A DNA stretch of 64,000 nt from an uncultured delta proteobacterium (GTDB taxonomy: Bacteria; Desulfobacterota; Desulfobacteria; Desulfobacterales; JAFDCJ01). The notes under the pieces are model-generated. The model was not told where the DNA came from and did no database searches. It saw only the letters and a program-made list of their open reading frames with translations. A program made the position numbers and the translations under genes. Positions 32,143 to 44,200 of the stretch are shown here, in pieces. The first letter of the stretch is position 1. Every line of letters begins with the position of its first letter. The DNA lies in assembly GCA_963769935.1 (NCBI GenBank), contig CAVYNY010000022.1, positions 480,001-544,000 on the forward strand, read 5' to 3'.

Positions 32143-32604
32143 TTATTGGTGATTATTAAGGCTTTTTGAATCGGTTTTTAACTTTCCGATAACAATGATG
32201 ATGGCGACCAAGCCGGAAACCGGCAGAATAAAATAGACATATGCCATGGAAATTCGAAGCTGCATGGCATGTTGTTGAACGTTATTGATCGTGAAAAGAA
32301 TACCCGACCAGGTAAACAAAATCAAAAATGCAAGTACGATGATATTCGCTGTCATAATAATAACCGCTCGAACCCCGGCCGGCATCCAATTTACAAAAAA
32401 TTCCACCTTGACATGGATGCCTTCTTTAAACGCGACCGCCGCGCCTAAAAATACCAGCCAAAAAAAGCCGAAAAGAGCAATATCTTCCATGGCAATCATG
32501 CTTTGGCCCAGAGTTCTGAGGACGATCTGAATTAAAATTGCACTTCCCATCACAATAAAAACACCCACGAGGATAAATTCACACGCTTTGGTGAGTCGCC
32601 TCAT
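32143..32604 (-). CDS. TRAP transporter small permease (DctQ)
   Basis: 4 TM; FLGAAVA...HVKVE; MAYVY. Confidence 0.88.
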   Translation of the reverse strand: MRRLTKACEFILVGVFIVMGSAILIQIVLRTLGQSMIAMEDIALFGFFWLVFLGAAVAFKEGIHVKVEFFVNWMPAGVRAVIIMTANIIVLAFLILFTWSGILFTINNVQQHAMQLRISMAYVYFILPVSGLVAIIIVIGKLKTDSKSLNNHQ

Positions 32605-32652
32605 TTAATTTATCAAAATAGATTGACCGGCGTTTCATGTCATCATCCTCTT

Positions 32653-33939
32653 TTACATTCCAAACAATGACGGAAACCATAGCGCCGTTCCGGGAATAAA
32701 CCATATGATAAGCGCAACGGTCAAAATACCGAAGACAAAAGGAATTGAATCTTTGGCGATCGCTTCAACAGACAACCCGCTGACGCCCGATGCGACAAAT
32801 AAACAAAGACCCACCGGCGGGGTCACCAGTCCGGCCGCCAAAATAACCATGTAAATCATGGCGCCTTGAATCGGATCGATACCGGATTTAAGCATAAGCG
32901 GCGCGATTATCGGGCCTACCAGAAGAATGATAACCGATATGTCCATGATCATGCCGAGCAGCATGAATAAAGCGACCGTGATGATGATGAAGCGTTCCGG
33001 CGATCCACCGATGATCAGCAATTTTTCAGTAATAATCATCGGCACATCCATAATGGTAAGAACATAAGAAAAAAGTGAGCTGCCGGCCACAATGAAAAGA
33101 ACCATGGCTGACAGGGTTCCGGCCTTTAAAAATACTTTCGGAAGATCTCTTAAACTAAGTTCTTTATATATGAACATACTCAGGACGAGACAGTACAGGA
33201 CCGCAATTATGGCTGCCTCAGTCGGCGTAAAGAGACCCGAAACGATTCCACCGATAATTAAAAATGGCGCGATCAACGTCAAAATTCCATCTTTGGATTG
33301 AACAATTATTTCGCGCCAACGAAAACGGCTGGCGTTCACCATAACCTTTCCTGTACGAGATAATTGAACACAAAAATATCTGAATCAGCCCTATCAGGAT
33401 TCCGGGAACCATCCCTCCCAGAAAGAGATTGCCCAGAGATACGCCGGATACGAAACTCCAGAGCACCATCGGAATTGAGGGCGGAATTATCATGCCGATG
33501 CAGGAAGATGAAGCCGTGACGGCCGCCGAAAACGGTCCTGAATAGTTCTGGCGTCTCATGGCGGGGATCAGAATAGATCCTAAAGCGGAGGTATCCGCCG
33601 AAGCCGAACCGGTAATTCCGCCAAAAAGCATACTGGCCAACACGTTGACCGCCGCCAGCCCTCCGGGAAGAAATCCCACCAGCGCACTGGCAAAGGCAAC
33701 GATACGACGTGTCAAGCCGCCGCTTTCCATGATGGCTCCGGCAAGCATAAAAAAGGGAATCGCCAATAAAACCCAGCTTCTGGTCACCCCGTACATACGC
33801 TGCGCAATGATCTCAATCGCCGTAGAACCTTCATGAATGAAAAGCGCCATTACGGCGGAAAACGCGAGCGCAACGGCAATCGGCACCCGCATAAAAGAAA
33901 CAAGACCATCAAAATAAGCATCAAGATCCAGGGTTCCAT
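32653..33939 (-). CDS. TRAP transporter large permease (DctM); apparent frameshifts
   Basis: LLAIPFFMLAG, GSASAD, IIPPSIP, FTPTEAA, TPPVG. Confidence 0.9.
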
Positions 33940-34032
33940 GATATTTATTTACAGTTTTCCCTGTCGTTATCGAGGCATATAATGGTTATTAAACGAAAGC
34001 CGAATTTAAAAAATGCCGCCGTGCAATATAAT

Positions 34033-34063
34033 TTACGCCGCCGGTCAACGGTCGGCGGCGTAA
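34033..34063. terminator. Stem-loop after dctP (mRNA stabiliser or partial terminator)
   Basis: ttacgccgccg pairs with cggcggcgtaa. Confidence 0.6.
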
Positions 34064-34072
34064 TTAATGATT

Positions 34073-35059
34073 TTATTTTACATTGACAATGGCCTCCACC
34101 CATTTGGGGCCATATACTTCTTTCAACTGCGGAACGCAGACCTCATAAAATATCTTAAGAAAAGCGTCCAGGTCGATATCTTTTTCCTCCGCCACAATCA
34201 TGCCTTTGGATTTAACCAGATCGATATATTCCTTCTCCTGAGCTAAGCCCAGCGCCGGAACCATAATCGCAGTTTCTTTCGCTGCCGCCATAATTATTTC
34301 CTGCTGGGCGGAATCCAGGCGGCCCCATGCTTTCCTGCTGAGGGTCACGATGTGCGGCGGCAAACCGTAGGGCAGCAATGAGACATATTTCTGTACTTCA
34401 TAGAATTTAGAACCAACGATATGGGAAAATGGATTGTGCTGGCCATCGACAACCTTGCGCGAAAGCGCCATATACAGCTCGGCGAAATCCATCGGAACCG
34501 GCACGGCTCCCATCGCCTTGGTCACAATACTGTATGCCGGAACATTGGGATCTCGGATTTTGAGGCCCTTCATATCTGCCGGTTTCAGAATGGGACGCAC
34601 GCTGTTGGTAGGTCGTCGGAACGACCCGTGCGGGAAGAATAAAAAGCGGTTTCACACCAAGCTCTTGTTCTACAGCTGCCATTAATTCTTGGCCGACAGG
34701 TCCGGTAACAACTTTAGTGAAGTGGTCAAAATCGCGATATATAAAGGGGGCCTGGAACACACCGGCCCAAGGCAAAAAGCGTTCCCATGTACCCGCTATC
34801 AGACCGTCTATGGTTCCGGATTTCACGCCTTCCTGCAATTGCTGTTCAGATCCCAATGTCGCAGAATGATAAAGCTTAATTTCTATATCGCCTTTGCTTT
34901 TGTAGGCAACTAAAGCGGCAAAGACCTCACCACCTTGCTGCTGAGGGCTGATGGGAGCACCGACATGCCCGATTTTTATCGTAACTTTAGCACTTGAGGG
35001 CAATGCTGCCACGGCAAATATAATTAACAAAGCAACGAAAAAACGACAATTTTTTTCAT
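34073..35059 (-). CDS. TRAP substrate-binding protein (DctP); apparent frameshifts
   Basis: Signal peptide, IKIGHV, DMKGLKIR, GAVPVPM.F.ELY.AL, VDGQHNP. Confidence 0.88.
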
Positions 35060-35257
35060 GATAAATATCCCTTTCCTAATTTTTAAGTTTAGGATATGGT
35101 GATTGAAGATGACCAAATGACAGCGATGTTTATCCACCTCCTTTTCCTTGGAATTTAACCTCTAAATTTGTCGGCTGCGGTCGATTCATTTTTAACATTT
35201 TCAATTTGCCTTCACCGCCGGATCGCAAAAAAATTAAGCTCAAAATTCAAGATGAGA

Positions 35258-35954
35258 CTAAATAAAGTGAAGATTGAATCGATTCAGAGTTTCCATCAAT
35301 TCCTCAAGGGCACGCTCCCGGTGTTGCCGATAAATTTTGCGGGCCTTGACGGCGATCCCCTTCAAGCAACGCGTTGACATGATCTCGATGCTCTTTGGTC
35401 GACTGTATCGGTTTTTTGCGCAGCAACAGCGTGACGCGGGTCAACCGATGTTCTTGATCCATGAAGGTTAAGCCGATGTTGAGCAAACGTTTGTTTTTGC
35501 ATAAGCGCAGAAGAGATTTGTGAAAGCGTGTATTGGCAGCAGCCCACGCATCCAGATCATCAGCCTGCATGGCCTTTTCCATCGCCGCTGCAGCACTGTC
35601 CAAGGGGGCGACCTCTTTCCGTGTAGGTTTTCTGCTCGCTATGATCGAAACCGCTTCACATTCGATCGCATTCAAGACTTCGTAAATCTCGCGCATGTCG
35701 GACGGGCGCAATGGCAGAACGCGCATACCTCGCCTTGGTTTGAGCTCAATCAGCCCTTCATTTTGAAGGCGAACCAACGCCTCGCGCACGGGGGTTCGGC
35801 TCATATTCAGCATATTTGCGAGATCTTGCTCGAAGGCCTGGAAACCGGGCGGCATTCTGTTTTCCATTATCTCCTTTTTAAGCCGGTAGTAGGCCTGGTC
35901 CGTCAAGGAATTGCGAGGTTTGCCGCCTGTGATGTTAATTTCCGAAGTCTGCAT
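35258..35954 (-). CDS. GntR/FadR-family regulator; apparent frameshift near 35354
   Basis: HTH SRTPVREAL..L..EGL; FCD domain N.RFH, EH. Confidence 0.88.
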
Positions 35955-36063
35955 CTGAATTGATCGGGTCTTCCAAATCTATTTTATCTTAGAATTTTTG
36001 GTTGGTCGTTTTTGATCAACGGCAATTTATGAATCCGTTGTCGTACACATTAATAAATTTATT

Positions 36064-36075
36064 ATTGTATACATT
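36064..36075. promoter_or_regulatory. Putative GntR/FadR operator (TGTATACA palindrome)
   Basis: Palindrome about 110 bp upstream of gntR; a weaker copy at about 36042. Confidence 0.4.
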
Positions 36076-36227
36076 AAATAGATTTTACTGATACCAATCG
36101 AAAAGAAGCGTGTCAACATTTATATGAAGTATTCTGGAAAATTTGGGGGAGAAACCCGACACGATATTAACGAAGCCGTCTGCATTCCTATGAGCTGAAT
36201 GCCCACAAGGTTTGAATATGGCAACCG

Positions 36228-36504
36228 CTATTCAATTTTTACGCCCGCCCGGCTGATGACGGCGCAGGAAAACGGACCGGAGATTTCAGCATTGATTTCA
36301 GCTTGTTTTTCCAGATTTGAGCGTATCTCGGTCAATATGTCTTCCAAGGGCCTATTTTCTTTGCTCAGCTGATCGAGTCTGTATTCAAGCCGAATAAGCC
36401 TTGGTACCGAGTAGGCCGAAGATATTTCATCGCCGTCCAGTTGCGGTAATTTCATTTTGGTCCAAAGCAAATAGAGTTGAAAGGGTTTTTGGTCGCTTTT
36501 CCAT
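36228..36504 (-). other. Possible small hypothetical protein split over two frames
   Basis: ORFs 36427..36618 and 36228..36470 overlap; helical composition only. Confidence 0.3.
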
Positions 36505-36702
36505 TCGAATTGGATTTAAAAGTCGAATATCGAAAAAATTACTACGCTTCATATAATATAAACCCGTTGTCAAGCCCAGTGGCGAGGAACCCGGTCTAAA
36601 AATACAGCCTCTTGCCAAAAGCCCTTACATCATGTACACAAGCGCTGATTTAACTATTTTATTCACCGTGCTTCCGGCACCGGATTATTTTTAGAGGAAA
36701 CT

Positions 36703-38157
36703 ATGCATTTTTTTTCGGTATTCAGTCTTGTGACAATGGCGCATGTGCTGATCACAATCAGCGTGTCCCTCCGGGTAATCAAGGTACGGCTTCCGGTGGC
36801 GACATCTCTGGCCTGGATGATCCTGGTATTCTTCCTACCCGTGGTGGGAGCAGCTGCCTACCTGGTGCTGGGTGAAAAGCGTCTGGGGAAAAAATTTGCG
36901 GCGCGTACACAGGTCATTAAGGGACGTTATGACAGCTGGCTGAAAAAGCTGCCGCCGGAAATTCGGTCCGACCCGCAGCGCTTGAGTCCCCAGGCCCGGT
37001 CCCTCATCCGCCTGGCCGCAACTACCGTGAATATTCCGGCCCTGTCCGGCAACCGGCTTCAACTGCTCGACGCGGCCGAACCGATTCTGCGCGCTATTAT
37101 CGAGGACATCGACCGCGCCGCTCGATTCTGCCACCTGGAGTTTTACATCTGGACTGAGGGCGGTATGGCGGACGACGTGGGGGCGGCCCTTTTGCGAGCG
37201 GCCGGCCGCGGCGTTGCCTGTCGCGTGCTGCTGGATGCCGTCGGAAGCGCCCGCTTCCTGAAAGGCCGTCTGGTGGAGCAGCTCAAAGCCGGCGGCGTCG
37301 AAGTGGCCTTCGCCCTGCCGGTCAGCTCGATCAGTGTATTCAAAGTGCGGCCGGACCTGCGGCTGCATCGGAAAATCGTAGTCATCGATGACACGGCAGG
37401 CTACACGGGCAGCTTTAATCTGGTGGATCCCCGCTTTTTCAAACAGGATGCCGGCGTCGGGCAATGGGTTGACGCCATGGTGCGTCTCGAGGGGCCGGGT
37501 GTCTTTGCGCTGAACGCGCTCTTCCGGTGGGACTGGGAGGTGGAGACCGGATGCGATCTGGACGCTCAGGCCGCAGGCGGAGGCTTCCCGGCCGACATCC
37601 GGGCCGGTGAGAGCGACGTGCAGGTGATTCCTTCCGGTCCGGGCTTGACCGGCAACACTATTTATCAAATACTGCTGATGTCCATCTATTCCGCCCGGCG
37701 TGAAGTCGTTATGACCACGCCCTACTTCGTGCCCGACGAAGCAGTCGGTACGGCCCTTTTGACAGCGGCTGAGCGCGGCGTCAAGGTCACGATCATCGTG
37801 CCGGAACGCAACGATTCCCGGCTGGTGCACTATACCTGCCGTTCCTACTTTGATGATATGCTGGCCGCCGGCGTTCGCATTTTCGAATTTAAGGGCGGGC
37901 TGCTGCACACCAAAAGTGTTGTGGTAGACGGGCAGCTGGCGTTGTTCGGCTCGGTCAATCTCGATATCCGCAGTTTCTGGCTGGATTTCGAAGTGACCCT
38001 TGGCGTGTATGACCCGGAGTTCGCACACCGGCTATTGGCATTGCAAGACCAGTATATTCAGCAGGCCATACCTGTGGATCGGCAAACCTGGCAGCAGCGT
38101 GCGGGCAGGGAGCGCTTTTTTGAAAACCTGGCCCGGCTCGCCAGTCCGCTGCTCTAA
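36703..38157 (+). CDS. cls: Cardiolipin synthase
   Basis: Two N-terminal TMs; two HKD motifs (HRKIVVID, HTKSVVVD); PSGP, TPYFVP. Confidence 0.93.
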   Translation: MHFFSVFSLVTMAHVLITISVSLRVIKVRLPVATSLAWMILVFFLPVVGAAAYLVLGEKRLGKKFAARTQVIKGRYDSWLKKLPPEIRSDPQRLSPQARSLIRLAATTVNIPALSGNRLQLLDAAEPILRAIIEDIDRAARFCHLEFYIWTEGGMADDVGAALLRAAGRGVACRVLLDAVGSARFLKGRLVEQLKAGGVEVAFALPVSSISVFKVRPDLRLHRKIVVIDDTAGYTGSFNLVDPRFFKQDAGVGQWVDAMVRLEGPGVFALNALFRWDWEVETGCDLDAQAAGGGFPADIRAGESDVQVIPSGPGLTGNTIYQILLMSIYSARREVVMTTPYFVPDEAVGTALLTAAERGVKVTIIVPERNDSRLVHYTCRSYFDDMLAAGVRIFEFKGGLLHTKSVVVDGQLALFGSVNLDIRSFWLDFEVTLGVYDPEFAHRLLALQDQYIQQAIPVDRQTWQQRAGRERFFENLARLASPLL

Positions 38158-38198
38158 AAACCACAAATGCGCCGATACGGGAAACGGGTCAAACCTAA

Positions 38199-38354
38199 GG
38201 GCTCACTCAAAAATAACTTCACATTTTATACGCCGCTGCATCTCTTGCGGCTGCGTTGCGAAAGCTCGGAATATCCAGATATTCCTGCGTTTTCGCGCCT
38301 TGCCGCCAGAGCGCCGCAACGCCTAAAGCTGTGAATTAATTTTTTCGTGAACCC
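38199..38354. mobile_element. MITE-like element, 156 bp, imperfect ~25-bp terminal inverted repeats, flanked by TAA duplication
   Basis: Left gggctcactcaaaaataacttcaca vs reverse complement of right end gggttcacgaaaaaattaattcaca; TAA at 38196-38198 and 38355-38357. Confidence 0.7.
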
Positions 38355-38430
38355 TAAACCGGTTGATGCGGCCCCGCTTTCGACAATTCGGTCGCGCGGG
38401 CCGCAAGTTTATCCGCTGTCTTCACGCTTT

Positions 38431-40953
38431 TCACCTTTTGGCTGGCAACGCCGGCTGGTCAGCCGTTGGCGTCTTTTCGATGGGCACGGCCTCGGCGTGC
38501 CAGATATCCCGGTTGTATTCCTGAATCGTGCGGTCGGATGAAAACTTTCCGATCCGGGCGACATTCAAAATGGATTTGCGGGTCCAGGCCTCCGGGTCAC
38601 CATACAAGGTGTCGATTTCCATCTGGGCGCGCTGGTAGGCTTCAAAATCGGCCAAAACCAGATAGCGGTCCTCATTCATGAGCAGGTCCATCAGCGGCTG
38701 GAACAAGCTGCGGTCATCCGGGCAAAAGAAACCCTCACGAATCAGATCGATGGCCTGTTTGAGCGCGGGAATGTTCTGGTAAAACTCATGCGGCCGGTGG
38801 GAAGATCTCTGGTCGGCGACTTCCTCGGCGGTGAGTCCGAAGATGAATATATTTTCAGCTCCGACTTCCTCCATGATCTCGATGTTGGCGCCGTCCAGTG
38901 TTCCAACGGTAAGTGCGCCGTTCAGGGCGAACTTCATGTTGCTGGTCCCCGAAGCCTCGTAGCCGGCAGTGGAAATCTGTTCGGACACATCCGCGGCCGG
39001 ATAAATGATCTCGGCCGTCGAGACCCGGTAGTTGGGGATAAACACCACTTTAAGGGACCGGTTGGTGGAGGTATCGCGGTTGATCATATCGGCTGCATGG
39101 CAGATGAACTGGATGATCGATTTAGCAGTGAGGTAGGCGGGCGCGGCTTTGCCGCCGAAAAAGAAGGTGCGGGGTTGGATCTGAAAGTCTTTTTCCTCCT
39201 TGAGCTTCAGCCAGAGACAGACAATATGCAAAATATTGAGCAGCTGGCGTTTGTACTCATGGATACGTTTGACCTGTACATCGAAAAGCGAATCGGGGTC
39301 CGGGCGCACGCCGGCCAGCTTAAAAGCCAGACCGGCCAGCCGTTGTTTGTTGCGGCGTTTGATTTCGCGCCACTCCCGGTGGAAGTCGGGATCTCCGACC
39401 AGGGACTCGATTTTCCTGAGTTCGTAAAGGTCTTTGATCCAGTGATCGCCGATGTGCCGGGTGATCAAGGCCGCTAATTCCGGATTGGCGGCCAGAAGCC
39501 AGCGGCGTTGTGTGATCCCGTTGGTCTTGTTGGTGAAACGCCCAGGGTACATCTCGTTGAAATTGCTGAGCTCTTTTTCCTGCAGCAGGCGGCTGTGAAG
39601 CTCGGCTACACCATTGACCGCGTGGGAGCCGACGATGGCAAGGTGCGCCATGCGCACCCGCTGCTCAGGTCCCTCCTCGATCAGCGACATGCTGCGCAGG
39701 CGTTCCGGTTGGCGCATAAAGCTAATGGAGACGTCTTTTAGGAAGCGTCGGTTGATTTCATGTACAATCTGAAGATGCCGCGGTAAAAGCTTGCCGAGCA
39801 TGGAGACCGGCCATTTTTCCAAAGCCTCGGATAAAAGTGTATGGTTGGTGTAGGCGCAGGTACGGGTGGTCAGGTCCCAGGCATTCTCCCAGCTCATGCC
39901 ATAGTTGTCCAAAAAAAGGCGCATCAGCTCGGTGACAGCCAGCGCCGGGTGGGTGTCGTTGAGCTGGATCGCGACTTTGTCGGGGAAGGCTTCGAAGGTG
40001 TCATGGGTAACCAGGTAACGCCGAATGATGTCTTTAATGGAACAGGATACAAAAAAGTACTGCTGTTTCAATCGGAGCTCGCGGCCTTCGTAGAATTCAT
40101 CATTGGGATAGAGAACCTTTGAAATGTTCTCGGAAACGTTTTTTTCCTCCACGGCCTTGAGATAGTCTCCGTGCTGAAAATAGTTCAAATCGAATTCGTT
40201 GGACGCCCTGGCCGACCATAATCTCAGGGTATTGACCGTGTTGTTGTTGTATCCGGCGATGGGGATGTCGTAGGGAATGCCGACGACATCGCTGGTGTCG
40301 GTCCACTCGCTTTGGATCCGTCCGTCCGGCAGGGTGACCTGTTTGACCCGGCCGTAAAAGTGCACCGTAAAGATGTATTCCGGATGGGAAATCTCCCACG
40401 GATCGCTGTAGCGGAGCCAGTTTTCGGGAAGTTCCACCTGCCGCAGGTTTCGAATCTCCTGGTCGAAAATACCAAACTCGTAACGAATGCCGTATCCGAC
40501 GGCCGGCAGTTCGAGGGTTGCCATCGAATCCAGAAAGCAAGCCGCCAGGCGGCCAAGGCCCCCGTTGCCCAGCCCCATGTCCGGCTCCTGGTCGACGAGT
40601 TCCTCCAAATCGATTTTCAGCTCCTGCATGGCTTTGCAGGTTTCCTGGTACATATCCAGGTTGATCAGGTTGTTGATCAAAAGGCGGCCCATCAGGTATT
40701 CAGCCGACAGGTAATACACGCGTTTAACATCCGCCTTGTAATACTGCTGCTGGGTTTTGATCCAGCGCTCGATTAAACGATCACGGGCCGAAAGCGCCAG
40801 CGCAAGATAGAGATCGCGCGTCGTGGCGGTATACTGGTCCTTGGACAGCGAATATTCCAGGTGGCTGGCGAAGGACAACTCTATGCCCTGCGCATCCATG
40901 CCTTTGTGGTAAGTTCCCCAAGACTGGAACAGCTTGCTATTTTTCATGGTCAT
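38431..40953 (-). CDS. glgP: Glycogen/starch phosphorylase
   Basis: GLGNGGLGRLAAC, QLNDTHP, KRIHEYKRQ, EASGTSNMK. Confidence 0.97.
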   Translation of the reverse strand: MTMKNSKLFQSWGTYHKGMDAQGIELSFASHLEYSLSKDQYTATTRDLYLALALSARDRLIERWIKTQQQYYKADVKRVYYLSAEYLMGRLLINNLINLDMYQETCKAMQELKIDLEELVDQEPDMGLGNGGLGRLAACFLDSMATLELPAVGYGIRYEFGIFDQEIRNLRQVELPENWLRYSDPWEISHPEYIFTVHFYGRVKQVTLPDGRIQSEWTDTSDVVGIPYDIPIAGYNNNTVNTLRLWSARASNEFDLNYFQHGDYLKAVEEKNVSENISKVLYPNDEFYEGRELRLKQQYFFVSCSIKDIIRRYLVTHDTFEAFPDKVAIQLNDTHPALAVTELMRLFLDNYGMSWENAWDLTTRTCAYTNHTLLSEALEKWPVSMLGKLLPRHLQIVHEINRRFLKDVSISFMRQPERLRSMSLIEEGPEQRVRMAHLAIVGSHAVNGVAELHSRLLQEKELSNFNEMYPGRFTNKTNGITQRRWLLAANPELAALITRHIGDHWIKDLYELRKIESLVGDPDFHREWREIKRRNKQRLAGLAFKLAGVRPDPDSLFDVQVKRIHEYKRQLLNILHIVCLWLKLKEEKDFQIQPRTFFFGGKAAPAYLTAKSIIQFICHAADMINRDTSTNRSLKVVFIPNYRVSTAEIIYPAADVSEQISTAGYEASGTSNMKFALNGALTVGTLDGANIEIMEEVGAENIFIFGLTAEEVADQRSSHRPHEFYQNIPALKQAIDLIREGFFCPDDRSLFQPLMDLLMNEDRYLVLADFEAYQRAQMEIDTLYGDPEAWTRKSILNVARIGKFSSDRTIQEYNRDIWHAEAVPIEKTPTADQPALPAKR

Positions 40954-41205
40954 CTCCCCGGGATTAAATTTTGTAAGCTACCAATCGATAATGGCGCATG
41001 CAGATCGATAAATATTAATTCTATAACGACGCCTGCAAACAGTCAATGGAGCTTTGGCGGGCTGATAGAACATTAAAAGTCATCGGCCATGCGGTAGGTT
41101 GGCCTTTGTCAAATGGGATGGCCGGAAAAAAAGAAGCCGGCTGAGAGTAAAGAATCCTGGCCTATAGGATCAGGTTTTCAATGTTGGAATACACTCAACC
41201 CGGGT

Positions 41206-44200
41206 TTAACGCCCGTCGGAGGCCAGCAGGCGGGCGAAGGCTTCGGTAATCGAATCGATTGATTTCACCGGATTGCCTAAATCAAGCCGCACGGGGTCAA
41301 GCAGACGGGACTTGCCTGCATATTGCATCATTACATAGGCTTCCACGGATGGCGCTGTGAACACAATCGGCAGGTCCAGCCGCACCGACTCGATTCGGGG
41401 GATTTGTTTGTCCAGGTTCAGGACCACCTCATCAAGGCCCTGCCGGATCTTGTCTTTCACCGCATAGTCGGCCCCGGCGGCTTGAGCCTGGCTCCAGCTT
41501 GCCGGCAGCCTGCCGATGGCGCTCTGGAGGTCCTGCAATTGGTTGCGGAAGGGCTTTACCGGATCCGGAATCGTGATCGTTTTGGAGAAGGTTTTTCCGA
41601 CGGTCTTGCGGTAGGTATACTTTATGTCGCCCATATCAATGACGGCCTGCAGCATTTGCTGCAGCAGCGCGCGGGTCTGGGCGTTCCGGGCGGTTTCGTC
41701 GCCGCCGGTGATATTATTCAGTCCATCCTCCAATCGTTTAATGCGGGGCGCAAAGTGCTGCTGAAAGAACGCCTGTGCCGCCTTTCTGATGTCCGATTCT
41801 TTGACGGCCAGCTTCTGCCACCATGTCAGCCCCCGATAGGCGCTTTTGACCCGTGCCGTGATAATTCCCGGTATTGTCGCAGTTCTTAAGTCTTTCAAGT
41901 AGCCCGGCAGTTTGCGGCGCAAATCATTAAATCCTCCGATGTTGCTTTGAAAGTCGGCCAGCGCCTGATTCATGATGTTTTGAGCGTCGGCGGCAGCCCG
42001 GTCGATTTCGCCCTGATACCTTTCTATTGATAAGCCGAGTTTGGCGTTCAGGCCGCTCACGTCATCCAGTCGGGCCCGGGCACCTAGCGGGGTCGGCTTG
42101 TCGACATCCAAATACAGTACAACTTCCGCGCAGTGGGTACCGAACAAGCCGGCGGTACCGACCCCGATCTCAAATCCGGTACCGTTAAAACGCGCAAAAA
42201 TGTCCGTTGCGCCCGTGGGGGTCTGCCCCTTGGCGTAGCCCCAGGAGAATGTGCCTTTGAGATAGACTTGATCCTGCCCGATATAAAAATCGCCGGCCAG
42301 GACCGCTGCATCGAGCAACCGGAGTTCGGCTTCCAGCTCGAAACTGTGATCGGTAACGGTGATAGTCTGCGTGGAGCCGATGAGCTCGGTCTTGTCAAAC
42401 GTGAGGCTGCAATCTCCTTCGACGGTGGTCACGCCTTGCTGACTGACCTTGACCAGGCCGCACAATCTGAGCGATATCCGGCCGGCAATGCGGCCATCCA
42501 TCATCAACCTGGTCGCAAAGCCGCCGCCGCCGGTCACGGCCATGCCGAAATTGGTCCCGTATTCAAGAATGCCAGCCAGGCCGCCCCGGGCCATCAGCAG
42601 GACGATAAAACCCTTGTCGTAGGCGGGCCCGCTTTTGGCCGGCAGATTATCCAGCACGGCATCGGCATTGAGTTCACCCAGCAGCTTTTGCGCGTCTTTG
42701 TCAGGGACGATTTTGTTCCTGAACTCATCTTCGGTGGTGATACACCAGCCCAGTGCGGCTTCAAATCTGAGCGGACCAAACGCGGCGCCGCCTTTTTGCG
42801 ACCCGATGCGAATGAATCCATCGGTCTGCGGGTTCCGCAGGGGTATGGCCTGAATCAGGTATCCGGCGTTGCCGAATTTCATGGCATCGAGGAAGCATTT
42901 TATGCCGTAGGCCAGGTCCATGGTCGGCAGTGCCTTTTGCAAGCCGAGCACAGCGCCGCCGAGATAGTCGGGCAGAGCTATATAGTTGGGGCCGATCGTC
43001 AGGTCCAACGCGAAATTTTTCTCGTTGGGCGGATCGTGCAGCTTAGCGTCAGGATTGCTGAAAAACGGGATCAGACTGCCGATCACGGCGAACAGATTGG
43101 ATTGTTCCTGCAAGTGCCAATCTGCCAACAACCTAAACCCGGTCCAGGCTTGATAGTTCCAGTTGAGGGTGTCGTAAGTCAACGGGATCGGCACCGGCAG
43201 CGCGGGCCAAAGGACAAGCGTGGTCTCGCCCAGGGTAATCTCATTTTTGAGGCCGCGGGCCTGCTCTTGGGCGATGATCCCGGTACCGGCGACTACCAGG
43301 CTGATCAGATCGAACTGATCGATGACGCCGTCGATTTTGACCAATACCGCTCCGCCGACAGTCTGCCCGACATCCAGGCTGCGCAAGGTCACACCCAGAA
43401 ACCCCGGCGGTACACCGGCAAACCAGGGCAGCATGACTTTGAGCGGATGCCCATCGTCCGTATGCAGGCCGATGATCGGGCCGCCGCCGGGTGAAGCGCC
43501 GAATTTCAGCCTCAGCTCTTTAATGTCCGGTATCTGCAGATAGCCTTCGAAGTCCGCCGGCAGCCGGTCAATGATCATTTTGAATTGCTTCGACAGCGTC
43601 TCAAAGTCCGCCAGGGGCTCGGCGAGAAGTTTGTCTTTTTTAATCTGCGCGACTGTATTCCGGCCGAGAAATTTCTCCAGTGATCCCGCCAGATCGGTAA
43701 AATCGAAGACTTCCACCGGCACGCTTTCGGGAAGGTAGCCCAATAGGCTCGAAGGAAAATCAAGCCGGCCGAGAATATACTTGACGGGCATTAAGGGAAG
43801 CTTGAGCGGGCTCGGCAGTTCTACGCCGGACGTGCCGATCCAGGCATCCCCTTCGAACGTGAGCGTCGGTATGTCTACCCGGAAAATACCAAATTCCCCG
43901 AAGTTCCAGTCCAGGAAGTCCCCTTTGGCGTCGGTTTTATAATTGAGCGCCCTGAAAGGTGAGGTGCCATTGGCAAGCGCCAGCGAAAGTCCTTTGCCCA
44001 GCGACAGCGCCAGATCGAAATCGGGATTTAAAAATTCGAAATTCGGCTTGCCGGTGTTGGGATCGGTCCCCAAAAAATAGTTGAGCTGCGGGGGCAACTC
44101 CACATGCAGGGTGCCCCGGATCTCGGGCGCTTCTCCCAGACTGGCGCCGATCTTAGTGATACTGATCTTCGGCAAAAATTCCCGGCCTTCGACTTCGGCC

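Noticed and set aside
28593..35954. Programmed frameshifting or true pseudogenisation
   Set aside because: No consistent slippery sites; breaks are mostly single-base insertions without nonsense codons
36835..38028. 397-aa minus-strand ORF
   Set aside because: Antisense shadow of cls
42133..43494. 453-aa plus-strand ORF
   Set aside because: Antisense shadow of the 1770-aa gene
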